Shown here: positions 1 to 10,079 of the stretch, piece after piece
Layout of the letters: every line of letters begins with the position of its first letter
How positions within the stretch are numbered: position 1 is the stretch's first letter
Assembly: GCA_964291675.2 (NCBI GenBank)
Contig: OZ219865.1
Span: forward strand, 928,001 to 992,000
DNA: 64,000 bases
From: Alphaproteobacteria bacterium
Lineage (GTDB): Bacteria > Pseudomonadota > Alphaproteobacteria > MPNO01
Direction: 5' to 3'
Translations under genes and position numbers: made by a program
The notes under the pieces: model-generated
Databases searched by the model: none
The model's input: only the letters and a program-made list of their open reading frames with translations
Told to the model about the DNA's origin: nothing

Positions 1-269
1 AGCCGCCGCGCCCCGCCGCGACACGGCGTCGCGCCCCCTTCCCGCCGCCACGCGATACACGTCTGGATAGCAAAAGAAAAATGCCGTTCGCGCCGCGATG
101 CATGCCGCCGCGGCATGGCGCGGGGGCAGCCCCGGCTAGGTCATGGCCGGGCGTCGAGCCGGCGGGCGCCTGGGGCGCTTGACGATGCCGGCACGCCCTC
201 CTCGGCGATGAGGATGCCGGCGAAGGCGGGCGGCGGCAGCGCGCACCGGCCCGCGGCCATGCGCCGGAT

Positions 270-480
270 GCGTTCGCCGTCGCGTCGGCAATGGACGAAG
301 CAGCGCTACCGCCCCGCGGGCATCGCGCGGGGGCCGGTCCTGGAATCCGCGAGATGGAGCTCGCCGGCACCGGGATCGACCTCCGACCGGCGCAGGGTCG
401 GGAGCTCGCTCTTGCGCCAGCCGGTCGGCATCGGCAGGCGGATCGCCGTCGCGGCGGTCGGCGGAACGGCGCCGCGCCGG
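270..480 (-). pseudogene. Tyrosine recombinase/integrase remnant
   Basis: Translation AIRLPMPTGWRKSELPTLRRSEVDPGAGELHLADSRTGPR resembles integrase box I (LLxLTGCRxxE.L.LRW..VD...GEL.L.DSKTG) but is degenerate and frameshifted; boundaries approximate. Confidence 0.7.
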
Positions 481-743
481 GGCGCGGAATACCTGCCGGC
501 GCGGGCCCGGGCCCGACCGACGTGACGGGTGCGGTACCGCTCCAGCACCCACTCGATCCGACCCACGGAGACCCGGCAGTCCCCGGGCGGAACGAAGAGC
601 GGCCGATTGAACCCCTCGATTTTGCGGGGTTGGCAAGAACAATTCCCGGGATCCGGAGCCGTCCCGTCAGTTGTGGTGGTGCGGCACCGCGAGCGGCAGG
701 GTGCCGTTCTTTGGCTAGCGTTCGTCGACCCGAAGGGCATGGG

Positions 744-851
744 CTATCGGCTCGTCCCGCAGCGGGGGCCGCTGGTCTCTTCGAACGCAGGGGCGTCCCC
801 GAAGATCATGGCCGTCGTATTGGCGTAGTTGTGTTCGAGGGCGCCGACCAT
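744..851 (-). pseudogene. C-terminal remnant of an AbiEii/AbiGii-family nucleotidyltransferase toxin
   Basis: Reads MVGALEHNYANTTAMIFGDAPAFEE, like the conserved AbiEii C-terminal L..DY..M..MIFG..P.F motif; lower-GC patch. Confidence 0.5.
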
Positions 852-880
852 TAAGGCAGTGCCCTGATTGCAGGTGTGCA

Positions 881-1420
881 TTAGCAGCCGGATTCATCCG
901 GCTGGAAATGTCGGATTCTGGGAAGAAGATCCGGGCCGGGACAACCGTCGACGGTCGCGGCCCAGCCGATGACGTCCGGGCGGCGGCCGAACAACGCGAA
1001 GACCTGCCCGTCCCGGCCGGGGCCGGGTCGGAGGCCGCCGTCGACGCGCCAGCCGTGGGCCGCGCCGGGTTGCAGCGCCGCCGAAGGCGCGGCGATGCCA
1101 TCGGCATGGTCCCGATGCCGCCGGGCGGCGTGCTGGCATGCCGGCCAGGTGTCCGGTCCGCCGGTCAGTGTTTCGCGAGGCAGGTCCGGTCGATGCGACG
1201 GGATTTCGCCGATGTCGACCGCCCATAGGGCGCGGCGGACGGTGGCGAGGTCCTGCGGGTCGCGGATCTCCTCGTGTCGAAGAAACTCGGCCCAGGCGCC
1301 GTCCGGCGTATCGCAGAAGTAGTGGGTCAGCTCGCCCGGCGCGTTCCAGCGGCCGGCGGATTGCGACGAATCCTCCCGCAGAAAGGGAAAGCGGGGATCG
1401 GCGTGGCGATAGGCGATCAC
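881..1420 (-). CDS. RES-domain toxin (NAD+ phosphorylase family)
   Basis: IAYRH...GRWN...YFCDTPDGAWAEFL...PSAA gives the R-E-S residues; GTG start overlaps the upstream stop (GTGA). Confidence 0.85.
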   Translation of the reverse strand: MIAYRHADPRFPFLREDSSQSAGRWNAPGELTHYFCDTPDGAWAEFLRHEEIRDPQDLATVRRALWAVDIGEIPSHRPDLPRETLTGGPDTWPACQHAARRHRDHADGIAAPSAALQPGAAHGWRVDGGLRPGPGRDGQVFALFGRRPDVIGWAATVDGCPGPDLLPRIRHFQPDESGC

Positions 1421-2037
1421 GTCGCCGGCGACGACGCCAGGGCCCGGGCCAGATCGCGGACCCTTCGGGGGCCGTCGTCGCCCGGCGACCATTCGTCGCC
1501 AAGCGCCTGCGCGGGTGTGTTCCCGTCGAGCCGTTCGCGGGGCCGGTCGAACCAGCGCCGGACCCCGATGTCGTTGTACGCGCCGCCAAGGTCCCCGGCC
1601 ACGAAGGCGAGAAAGTGGAGTCGGGCGGCGATCGCGTCCGGGGTGGAACGGTTGCCGGAAATGTAGCGCCGCGCACTGGACCGGGAGATGCCGAGGAGGC
1701 GGGTCAGCAGTTCCACGCCCAGGACGCCCTGCAGGGTGCGCCATTCGTGCGCGGGGGCCGGGGACTGGTCGAGGGCCTCGTTGATCTTCTCCAGGAGCGT
1801 GGAGAGCCGGGCGGCATCGGAGCACGGCATCCGGTGAAGTTCCGCAAGGAAGCTGCGGCCGATACCGGCCTCGGCCATGCCCGTTTCGAGCCCCTGAATC
1901 GCGGAATCGTCCAGGCAGGTGACGGGGCTCGAGAGCAGGCCCATCGCATCGGCGCGCGTCAGCGCCCCGATGGCCGCGGAGGCAAGCCTCGGGTCGTCGA
2001 ACGGACTGCGAACGGACTGGATATGGAGATTCGTCAT
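1417..2037 (-). CDS. Xre/MbcA/ParS-type antitoxin
   Basis: HTH (LLTRLLGISRSSARRY) plus C-terminal VRRWFDRPRERLDGNTPAQAL; coupled to the RES gene. Confidence 0.8.
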   Translation of the reverse strand: MTNLHIQSVRSPFDDPRLASAAIGALTRADAMGLLSSPVTCLDDSAIQGLETGMAEAGIGRSFLAELHRMPCSDAARLSTLLEKINEALDQSPAPAHEWRTLQGVLGVELLTRLLGISRSSARRYISGNRSTPDAIAARLHFLAFVAGDLGGAYNDIGVRRWFDRPRERLDGNTPAQALGDEWSPGDDGPRRVRDLARALASSPAT

Positions 2038-2299
2038 GGTCCGAATGTATGCCACGGCGGCGGCCGGGTCAATCCAGACTGGACCGGGCTGGCAGGGATT
2101 CCTTATGGCGCAGCGACGAGATCGTTGTCGATGCTGTCGCCGATGCGCGCCGCGGACGCCTTCACGATATCGCGCGCAAGTTTCTCCGCTCCGCCGCGCC
2201 CCGCGCGGCTCCGGCCGAAAAGACGGGCGGGCGCCCATTTGCCCCAACCCCCCCCTTGCGGCACATTCCGCGTCCTGCTTGCCGCGGGCGGAGGGGAAT

Positions 2300-3934
2300 A
2301 TGGGCGAAGCGCGCAACGTGTTGTGGATCATGGCCGACCAGCTGCGCTGGGACTACCTGTCGTGCTACGGCCACCCGCATCTCGACACCCCCCATCTCGA
2401 CCGGCTGGCGGCGCGCGGGGTGCGCTTTACCAACGCCTATGTGCAGTCGCCGTTCTGCGGCCCGTCGCGCATGTCGTCCTATACCGGGCGCTATTGCCGC
2501 TCGCACGGGGTGACCTGGAACGGCTTTCCGCTGCGCGTGGGCGAGCCGACGCTGGGCGACCATCTGCGCGACATCGGGGTGAGGCCCGCGCTGGTCGGCA
2601 AGACCCACATGATTCCCGACACGCGCGGCATGGAGTGGCTCGGCATCGACCCGGGGTCCGCCATCGGCGTCAACATCGCCGAATGCGGCTTCGAGCCCTT
2701 CGAGCGCGACGACGGGCTGCACCCCTACGGCCCGCTCGACCCCGACCCGGACTACAACGCCTGGCTGCGGGAGCGCGGCCTGAACGCGGCGAACCCGTGG
2801 GAGGAGCACGCCAATGCCGGCATCGACGAAGACGGCGAGACGCGCTCGGGCTGGCTGCTCAAATACGCCAACCTGGCGGCGAATATCGACGAGGAGCTGT
2901 CCGAGACGCCCTACATGACCGGGCGCGCCATCGATTTCATGGAGCAGGCGGGGGACGGGCCCTGGCTCTGCCACCTCTCCTACATCAAGCCGCACTGGCC
3001 CTATATCGTGCCGGCGCCCTATCACGACATGTACGGGGTCGAGCACGTGCTCCCCGCGGTGCGCTCGGCGGAAGAGCGCGCGACCGACCACCCGGTGTTC
3101 CGCGCCTATATCGAGTCGCGGGTCTGCCGGACGTTCTCGCGCGACGACGTGCGCGAGCGGGTGATCCCGGCCTATATGGGGCTGGTCAAGCAGATCGACG
3201 ACCAGATGGGCCGGCTGTTCGCCTGGATGGAGGAGCGCGGGCTGATGGAGAACACGATGATCGCGTTCACCTCGGACCACGGCGACTATCTGGGCGATCA
3301 CTGGATGGGCGAGAAGGATCTGTTCCACGACGCCTCGGTCAAGGTGCCGCTGATCGTCTACGACCCGCGCGAGGCGGCGGATGCGACGCGGGGCCGGGTG
3401 CGCGACGAGCTCGTCGAGTGCATCGACCTCGCGCCGACGTTCCTGCGCTATTTCGGCGGGCGCGACCTGCCGCACATCATCGAGGGCCGGGCGCTCGACC
3501 CCCTCCTCCATTCGGCCCGGACACCGGTCGCCTGGCGGCGCTACGCGATCTCGGAATACGACTACGCCACCCGGCCGGCACGCACGGCCATCGGCAACGC
3601 GCAGGAGGACGCCCGGCTCCTGATGATCCGCGACGAGCGGTGGAAATACATCCACGCCGAGGGGTTCCGCCCGATGCTGTTCGACCTGGAGGCCGACCCC
3701 GACGAGCTGTGCGATCTCGGCGCGAGCGCCGCACCGGAACACGAGGCGGTCCGCGCCCGGCTGCACGAGGCGCTGTTCGCCTGGGCGCGGCAACACCACT
3801 GCCGGATCACGCTGGAGCCCGAGACCATCGAGCGGATGACCGCCGCCGTGGAGCCGCCCGGCATCCTGATCGGTTACTGGGACGAGGCGGAGTACGAGGC
3901 CGAGTTCGGCAAGCCCTTCGCCGAGCGTCCCTGA
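2300..3934 (+). CDS. Sulfatase-family hydrolase (arylsulfatase/phosphonate monoester hydrolase-like)
   Basis: NVLWIMADQLRWD, formylglycine motif CGPSR, KPHWPY, TSDHGD; RBS GGAGGGG. Confidence 0.9.
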   Translation: MGEARNVLWIMADQLRWDYLSCYGHPHLDTPHLDRLAARGVRFTNAYVQSPFCGPSRMSSYTGRYCRSHGVTWNGFPLRVGEPTLGDHLRDIGVRPALVGKTHMIPDTRGMEWLGIDPGSAIGVNIAECGFEPFERDDGLHPYGPLDPDPDYNAWLRERGLNAANPWEEHANAGIDEDGETRSGWLLKYANLAANIDEELSETPYMTGRAIDFMEQAGDGPWLCHLSYIKPHWPYIVPAPYHDMYGVEHVLPAVRSAEERATDHPVFRAYIESRVCRTFSRDDVRERVIPAYMGLVKQIDDQMGRLFAWMEERGLMENTMIAFTSDHGDYLGDHWMGEKDLFHDASVKVPLIVYDPREAADATRGRVRDELVECIDLAPTFLRYFGGRDLPHIIEGRALDPLLHSARTPVAWRRYAISEYDYATRPARTAIGNAQEDARLLMIRDERWKYIHAEGFRPMLFDLEADPDELCDLGASAAPEHEAVRARLHEALFAWARQHHCRITLEPETIERMTAAVEPPGILIGYWDEAEYEAEFGKPFAERP

Positions 3935-3936
3935 CC

Positions 3937-5409
3937 GTGCCGGTCCGCACCGCCGCGCAGTTCCTCGACGCGCTCAAGGACGGGCGCGACATCTCGATCG
4001 AGGGCGAACGGGTCCGCGACATCGCGGGCGATCCCCGCTTCGCCGGCGCCGCCCGGGCGATGGCCCGGCTGATGGAGATGCAGCACGAGCCGGCGTTGCA
4101 CGAGATCATGACCTACGAATCGCCCGATACCGGGGACCGCGTGGGCATGACCCATATCCAGCCGCGCTCGCGCGGGGACGTCATCGCGCGCAACGACGCG
4201 ATCAAGGTCTGGATGGACGAGTCCTGCGGCATGCTGGGGCGCTCGCCCGACTTCAAGAACGTGATGATCTCGGCCTACGCGGCGGCCGGCGAGCGCTTCG
4301 ACCGGGACGCCTTCAAGGGCGGCGACAACATCCGCGCCTTCCACCGCCACGTGCGCGAGAACGACCTGATCACCACCCACGTGCTGGTCAACCCGCAGGT
4401 CGACCGCTCGCGCCCGGCCCATCTGGAGACCTCCGACGTGGTGGCGCGGATCGTGGGCGAGACCGATTCGGGGGTGGTGATCCGCGGCGCCCGCATGGTG
4501 GCGACGCTGTGCGCGCTGGCCGACGAGCTCCTGGTGATGCCGGCGGCATCGCGCTGGTCGGACGAGATGCGCGACACCACCGCGTTCTCCTTCGGCTTCG
4601 CCATCCCGGTGTCGACGCCGGGGCTGCGCTTCATCTGCCGCCCGCCGGTGGCGCAGACCAACGCGCCCTCGCTGCTCGACCACCCGCTGTCGCTGCAATA
4701 CGACGAATCGGACGGGCTGGTGATCTTCGAGGACGTGACCGTGCCCTGGGAGCGCGTGTTCATCCACCGCGACCCCGAGTTCGACCAGCTCGTCAACCCG
4801 CAATCCCACACCCTGCCGGCCACGCTGATGCAGTCGGTGGTGCGCGCCACGTCGAAGTCGGAGTTCATGATGGCGCTGACGCTCGCCGTCGCGCGGGCCT
4901 CGAGGATCGACGTCCACAACCCGGTGCAGGTGCAGCTCGCCGAGACCATCGCGATCGCCGAGTTCGCCCGCACCTGCCGCGTGGCGGCCGAGGCCGAGGC
5001 GCGCGAGACCGAGTTCGGCACCTGGGTCGCCGGCCACCGCCCGCTGCAGACCTGGCAGAGCCTGTACTGGAAGATGTACAACCGCCAGTGCGAGATCCTG
5101 AACACGCTGGGCGCCGGCGGGATGGTGGCCGTGCCGTCCTACGCCGAGGTGGCGGGTGAGCTCAGGGACAGCGTCGAGACCTATTTCCAGTCGGCCAATG
5201 CGAGCGCGCCCGAGCGCATCCGGCTGCTGCGCCTCGCCTTCGACGCCTCGCTGTCGAGCTTCGCCGGGCGCCAGCGACTTTATGAGCAGTTCTACACCGG
5301 CGACCCGATGCGCACCCAGGCGCTGCTCTACCGGATGTACGACACCGACACCCACATCGCCCGCATCCACGCCATGCTGGACGACCTGGAGGCGCGCGGC
5401 TCCGGCTAG
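3937..5409 (+). CDS. 4-hydroxyphenylacetate 3-monooxygenase-family oxygenase component (HpaB/PvcC-like)
   Basis: GMLGRSPDFKN, NPQVDRS, IRGARMVAT, DESDGLVIFEDVTVPWERVF, GRQRLYEQFYTGDP. Confidence 0.9.
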   Translation: MPVRTAAQFLDALKDGRDISIEGERVRDIAGDPRFAGAARAMARLMEMQHEPALHEIMTYESPDTGDRVGMTHIQPRSRGDVIARNDAIKVWMDESCGMLGRSPDFKNVMISAYAAAGERFDRDAFKGGDNIRAFHRHVRENDLITTHVLVNPQVDRSRPAHLETSDVVARIVGETDSGVVIRGARMVATLCALADELLVMPAASRWSDEMRDTTAFSFGFAIPVSTPGLRFICRPPVAQTNAPSLLDHPLSLQYDESDGLVIFEDVTVPWERVFIHRDPEFDQLVNPQSHTLPATLMQSVVRATSKSEFMMALTLAVARASRIDVHNPVQVQLAETIAIAEFARTCRVAAEAEARETEFGTWVAGHRPLQTWQSLYWKMYNRQCEILNTLGAGGMVAVPSYAEVAGELRDSVETYFQSANASAPERIRLLRLAFDASLSSFAGRQRLYEQFYTGDPMRTQALLYRMYDTDTHIARIHAMLDDLEARGSG

Positions 5410-5688
5410 CTAATCCTGCCTGGAGGCGGCCGCCATGGTCTTGCCGTCGAAGGCGGGCATGCTCTGGAACGAGCCGAAGCCCTGGCTCGCATACCACACC
5501 GAGAAGTTGAGCATCGCCTCGGGCGACGGCGCGTCGACCACGTCGACGAAGTCGTACTGGCCCTGGGTGTAGAGCACCGAGACGATCTTGATCCCGAGCT
5601 CCTTCGCCCTGGCGCGCGCCAGGCGGTTACGCTGTTCGTGCTTGCCGAGCCATTCGGCGCTCTGCTTGCCGAGCAGGACGTATTTCAT
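5410..5688 (-). CDS. GYD domain protein
   Basis: 92 aa with YTQGQYDFV motif; RBS GGGGAGG. Confidence 0.85.
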   Translation of the reverse strand: MKYVLLGKQSAEWLGKHEQRNRLARARAKELGIKIVSVLYTQGQYDFVDVVDAPSPEAMLNFSVWYASQGFGSFQSMPAFDGKTMAAASRQD

Positions 5689-5831
5689 GCGACCCTCCCC
5701 TGTCGACGGGCGCCCGGCGCCCGCCCGCCATTCCTAACCGCGCTCGCGCCCGGCCGCAACGCCGGCCCCGGGAGAACTTGACCGCCGCCGCGCTCTTGCC
5801 GGAGAGTGTGGGCAGGAGGACTCCCGGCCCC

Positions 5832-6665
<834 letters not shown>

Positions 6666-6682
6666 CCGGGCGAGGAGGCAGG

Positions 6683-7465
6683 ATGAGCTTGTGGAACCGC
6701 AAGTGGACCCGCGACGCGTTCTGGATGGTTGTGTCCTTCGCGGCGCTGATCGGGCTCTGGTGGGGCGTGGTCTGGCTGTTCGAGACGCCGAGCTACCTGC
6801 TCCCCGCCCCGGACGAGGTGCTCCGGTCGGGCGCCGACAACGGGCTCCAGATGATTCCCCATTCGGGCTGGACGATCCTGTCGGTGCTGGCCGGCTACGT
6901 GCTGGCGGTCGTCGTCGGCGTGCCGCTCGCCATCATCGTGGTCTCATCGGCGACGCTGGAGCGCATCCTGTATCCGCCGATGGTGGCTACCCAGAGCATC
7001 CCCAAGATCGCGCTCGCGCCGCTCTTCGTCGTCTGGTTCGGCTTCGGCATGTTCCCCAAGGTCGCGGTGGCGTTCCTGATCTGCTTCTTCCCGATCGTGG
7101 TCGACACCATCGTCGGCCTGCGCAGCATCGACCCCGCGCTGGTGCAGCTCGCCCGCTCGATGGGCGCGCCGCCTTCGCGCATCTTTCTCCGCCTCCGCCT
7201 GCCGGGCGCGCTGCCCAGCATGTTCGGCGGGCTCAAGGTGGGCTCGGCGCTCGCCGTGGTGGGGGCGCTGACCGGCGAGTTCATCGGCTCGGATAACGGG
7301 CTCGGCTATCTGCTGCTGAGCGCGGCGGGCGAGCTCGACACCGCGCTGCTGTTCGCCATCCTGTTCGTGCTTTCGCTGCTCGCGATGGCGTTCTTCTACG
7401 CCATCGAGCTGTTGGAGCGGCTGATGATCCCGTGGCACGTGTCGCAGCGCGCGCATGCGGGCTAA
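6683..7465 (+). CDS. ABC transporter permease (SsuC/TauC-like)
   Basis: PKIALAPLFVVWFG, EAA-like ARSMGA, six hydrophobic segments; RBS GAGGAGG. Confidence 0.92.
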   Translation: MSLWNRKWTRDAFWMVVSFAALIGLWWGVVWLFETPSYLLPAPDEVLRSGADNGLQMIPHSGWTILSVLAGYVLAVVVGVPLAIIVVSSATLERILYPPMVATQSIPKIALAPLFVVWFGFGMFPKVAVAFLICFFPIVVDTIVGLRSIDPALVQLARSMGAPPSRIFLRLRLPGALPSMFGGLKVGSALAVVGALTGEFIGSDNGLGYLLLSAAGELDTALLFAILFVLSLLAMAFFYAIELLERLMIPWHVSQRAHAG

Positions 7466-7499
7466 AAGCGTAGTCGCACGAGAAACCGAGGAGGAAACC

Positions 7500-8471
7500 A
7501 TGAGAACCGCAATCGCCGGCGCGGTCGCAGCCGCGATCCTCGCCCTCGCAATCCCGGCCCAGGCGGCCGACAAGGTCTCGCTCCGGACCGACTGGATCAA
7601 GAGCGCCTATCACGCGGTCTGGTACCACGCCAAGGACAAGGGCGTGTTCGCCAGGAACGGCATCGACGTCGACATCCGCGACGGCCGCGGCTCGGTGATC
7701 ACCGCCCAGACCGTCGGCAACAAGACCGTCACCTTCGGCACCGCCGACGGCGGCGCGGTGATGGTGCTGGTCTCCAAGGGGCTGCCGGTCAAGATCGTCG
7801 CCTCTTACCTGCGCACCAACCCGGTCGCGATCATCTTCCCCAGGAAGAACGGCTGGAAGAGCTGGAAGGACCTCGCGGGGTCGCGCATCGGCTTCTCGGC
7901 GGGCGGCGCGACGGCGGCCTATTTCAAGGCGCTGGCCAAGAAGAACGGCATCAAGGGCAAGGTCAAGCTGGTGTTCATGGAGCCCGCCGCCAAGCTCGCC
8001 GCGCTGTTGACGACCAAGGTCGACGCCATCGATTCCTTCGGCTTCCTGCAGGCGCCCAAGGCGACCGCGGCCGGCATCCCGTCGACCTATTTCAGCTACG
8101 CCTCGGGCGGCATCGTGGTGCCCGGGCTCTCGCTGATCGCCCATAACGACACCATCGAGGACAACCCCGACCTGGTGGGCCGCATGGTGGCGAGCGTGCG
8201 CGAGGCGCTGGCGCTCGGCCAGAAGGAGCCGGAGGCGGCGATCGCCTCGCTCTTGAAGGTCGCGCCCAACCTCAAGCCGGACATCTCGCTCGACATCCTC
8301 AAGGCGTCGTTCGACCTGTTCGAGAACGAGGCCAGCAAGGGCAAGCCGTCGGGCTGGACGTCGCCCGACGACATCGCGAAGGCGCAGAAAACGCTGATCG
8401 AGTTCAAGCGGATCAAGAAGGAACAGCCGATCGACGCCTATTTCACCAACGCGTTCGTCCCCAAGTCATGA
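7500..8471 (+). CDS. ABC substrate-binding protein (NMT1/THI5/SsuA-like)
   Basis: Signal peptide (AQA-AD), LRTDW..YH...AKDKGVF, C-terminal YFTNAFV. Confidence 0.88.
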   Translation: MRTAIAGAVAAAILALAIPAQAADKVSLRTDWIKSAYHAVWYHAKDKGVFARNGIDVDIRDGRGSVITAQTVGNKTVTFGTADGGAVMVLVSKGLPVKIVASYLRTNPVAIIFPRKNGWKSWKDLAGSRIGFSAGGATAAYFKALAKKNGIKGKVKLVFMEPAAKLAALLTTKVDAIDSFGFLQAPKATAAGIPSTYFSYASGGIVVPGLSLIAHNDTIEDNPDLVGRMVASVREALALGQKEPEAAIASLLKVAPNLKPDISLDILKASFDLFENEASKGKPSGWTSPDDIAKAQKTLIEFKRIKKEQPIDAYFTNAFVPKS

Positions 8472-9004
8472 CCGCGAAGACCGCGCGCCATCCCCGCCCG
8501 CCCGAGGTCGAGGGTCTCGGGCTGGAGGAGATCGCGGAGCGCTACGTCGCCCGGTTCGGCGACCGCAAGCCGGACTGGGCGGCCTTCGCGGATGCGCTGG
8601 TCGACGGCTACCGGCGGGCGCAGCACCGCTTCATCGGCAACACCTCGGGCAAGCCGGACGACGGCGTCATCCCGGCCCGCGCCTTCACCCTCAGCGTCAT
8701 GTACGTCCCGCCGGGGGAAGGCAACGCGCCCCACACCCATGAGGTGGAAGAGGTGTTCTTCGTGCTGCAGGGCCATCTCACGGTGTTCTTCGAGGAGGAG
8801 GACGGCAGGCGGCTCGAGGTCGCGCTCGGCCCGTGGGACTGCGTCTCCTGCCCGGCCGGGGTGATCCACGGCTATGCCAACGAGACGGTCGAGCCGGTCT
8901 ACCTCCAGGTCATGGCCGGCAAGGCGAACCCCGAGTTCATGGGCTACGCCGACCAGGCGCTGTTCGAGGCGCGCGACCGGCATGTGAGAGAAGCAGGCGG
9001 TTAG
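8468..9004 (+). CDS. Cupin domain protein
   Basis: PHTHEVEEVFFV and PAGVIHGY cupin motifs; ATGA overlap with the SBP gene. Confidence 0.88.
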   Translation: MTAKTARHPRPPEVEGLGLEEIAERYVARFGDRKPDWAAFADALVDGYRRAQHRFIGNTSGKPDDGVIPARAFTLSVMYVPPGEGNAPHTHEVEEVFFVLQGHLTVFFEEEDGRRLEVALGPWDCVSCPAGVIHGYANETVEPVYLQVMAGKANPEFMGYADQALFEARDRHVREAGG

Positions 9005-9013
9005 GAGGGCGCC

Positions 9014-9253
9014 ATGTCCACGATCACAATATCGCTTCCCGAATCCCTCAAGTCCTTCGTGGAGGATCAGGTCCGCGCGCACGGCCACGGCAGCGCGAGC
9101 GAATACGTCCGCGAGCTGATCCGCAGGGAACGGGACCGCCAGAATCTGCGCGAGCTGCTGCTCGAAGGCGCGGCTTCGCCGACGGCGGGCATGGCCGATG
9201 CCGCGTATTTCGACCGGCTCCGCCTCCAGGTGCGCGACGCCGGCAGTGGGTGA
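9014..9253 (+). CDS. ParD-like (CC2985 family) ribbon-helix-helix antitoxin
   Basis: MSTITISLPESLKSFVEDQV...SASEYVRELIRRERDR..LRELLLEGAAS. Confidence 0.88.
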   Translation: MSTITISLPESLKSFVEDQVRAHGHGSASEYVRELIRRERDRQNLRELLLEGAASPTAGMADAAYFDRLRLQVRDAGSG

Positions 9254-9290
9254 GCGCCAAGCCGGTCGTCCCGCGCGAGCGGGCGCGTTG
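9250..9290 (+). pseudogene. Truncated ParE/RelE toxin 5' remnant
   Basis: GTGA overlap, then MSAKPVVPRERAR, a typical N-terminus of this ParE subfamily; the sequence then runs into the 3' end of the convergent carbonic anhydrase gene. Confidence 0.6.
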
Positions 9291-9301
9291 CGTGCGCCGT
9301 G

Positions 9302-10000
9302 CTACCCGATCCGCAGCACCCGTTCGCCCAGCGGCTGGACCGGGCGGCGGTTGTTCGGGTAGAGGGCGGCGAAGGCGGCGATCTGGGCGGCGGAGATCGC
9401 GAGGGGCTGGGCGAGGACAGCCCAGGCGACCCCTTCGGTGCAGGGCGGGGTGGTGAGCGAGCCGCGGTAGCGCCATGCGGTCAGGCGGGCGGGCAGCAGC
9501 GTGGCGAGGTCGAGCTCGCCCGGAACCGGGCGCACCGCCCCGGGCTCGGCCGGGAGATGGGCCCAGAGCGGCGCCAGCGTGCCGTGCGCCGCGCCTTCCG
9601 CGAACAGGACGCCCACAACGGCGAGCGCGCCGTCCCCGGAAGCGTGCACCAGATGCAGCTCGAGCGCCAGGCGGGCACCGTCGAACAGATGCTCGCTGGG
9701 GTGGTGGAAGTGGAACTGGCGCAGCTCGTAGCGAATCCCGTCGAGCGCGACGAAGCTGCCGGGGTCAGGGTTGGCCTGCACGGTGTGGCCGGTGTTCTCG
9801 AGGACGATGCGGGTCCTCCGGTAGGCGAATTCGAGCGGCGGCAGGTCCGCGCCACGGCCGCCGGTCAGGTCGACCGGCGACTGCTCCGCACCCAGCGCGC
9901 AGGCGGCGAAGCCGGGGTCGAGCGAGGCCCAGAGCGCCGGGCCGTTATCGGCATCGTAGCCCCAGCGCGCCGGGCGGTGGCGCTCGGTGTCGGTTCCCAT
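9302..10000 (-). CDS. Alpha-class carbonic anhydrase
   Basis: WGY...GP..W, QSPVD, NTGHTVQ, QFHFHHPSEH, ELHLVH, GSLTTPPCTEGV, NNRRPVQPL. Confidence 0.93.
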   Translation of the reverse strand: MGTDTERHRPARWGYDADNGPALWASLDPGFAACALGAEQSPVDLTGGRGADLPPLEFAYRRTRIVLENTGHTVQANPDPGSFVALDGIRYELRQFHFHHPSEHLFDGARLALELHLVHASGDGALAVVGVLFAEGAAHGTLAPLWAHLPAEPGAVRPVPGELDLATLLPARLTAWRYRGSLTTPPCTEGVAWAVLAQPLAISAAQIAAFAALYPNNRRPVQPLGERVLRIG

Positions 10001-10079
10001 TCCCGGCATGATAGCGCACCCGCCGGGCTGGCGCGGCTCGTCGCAGGGTGTAATCTGCGCGCAACCGGAGGAAGGCGAC

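Noticed and set aside
1138-5409. 1423-aa ORF as one giant protein
   Set aside because: Only 3937-5409 is protein-like; the upstream part is an off-frame shadow of the sulfatase and the RES-Xre pair
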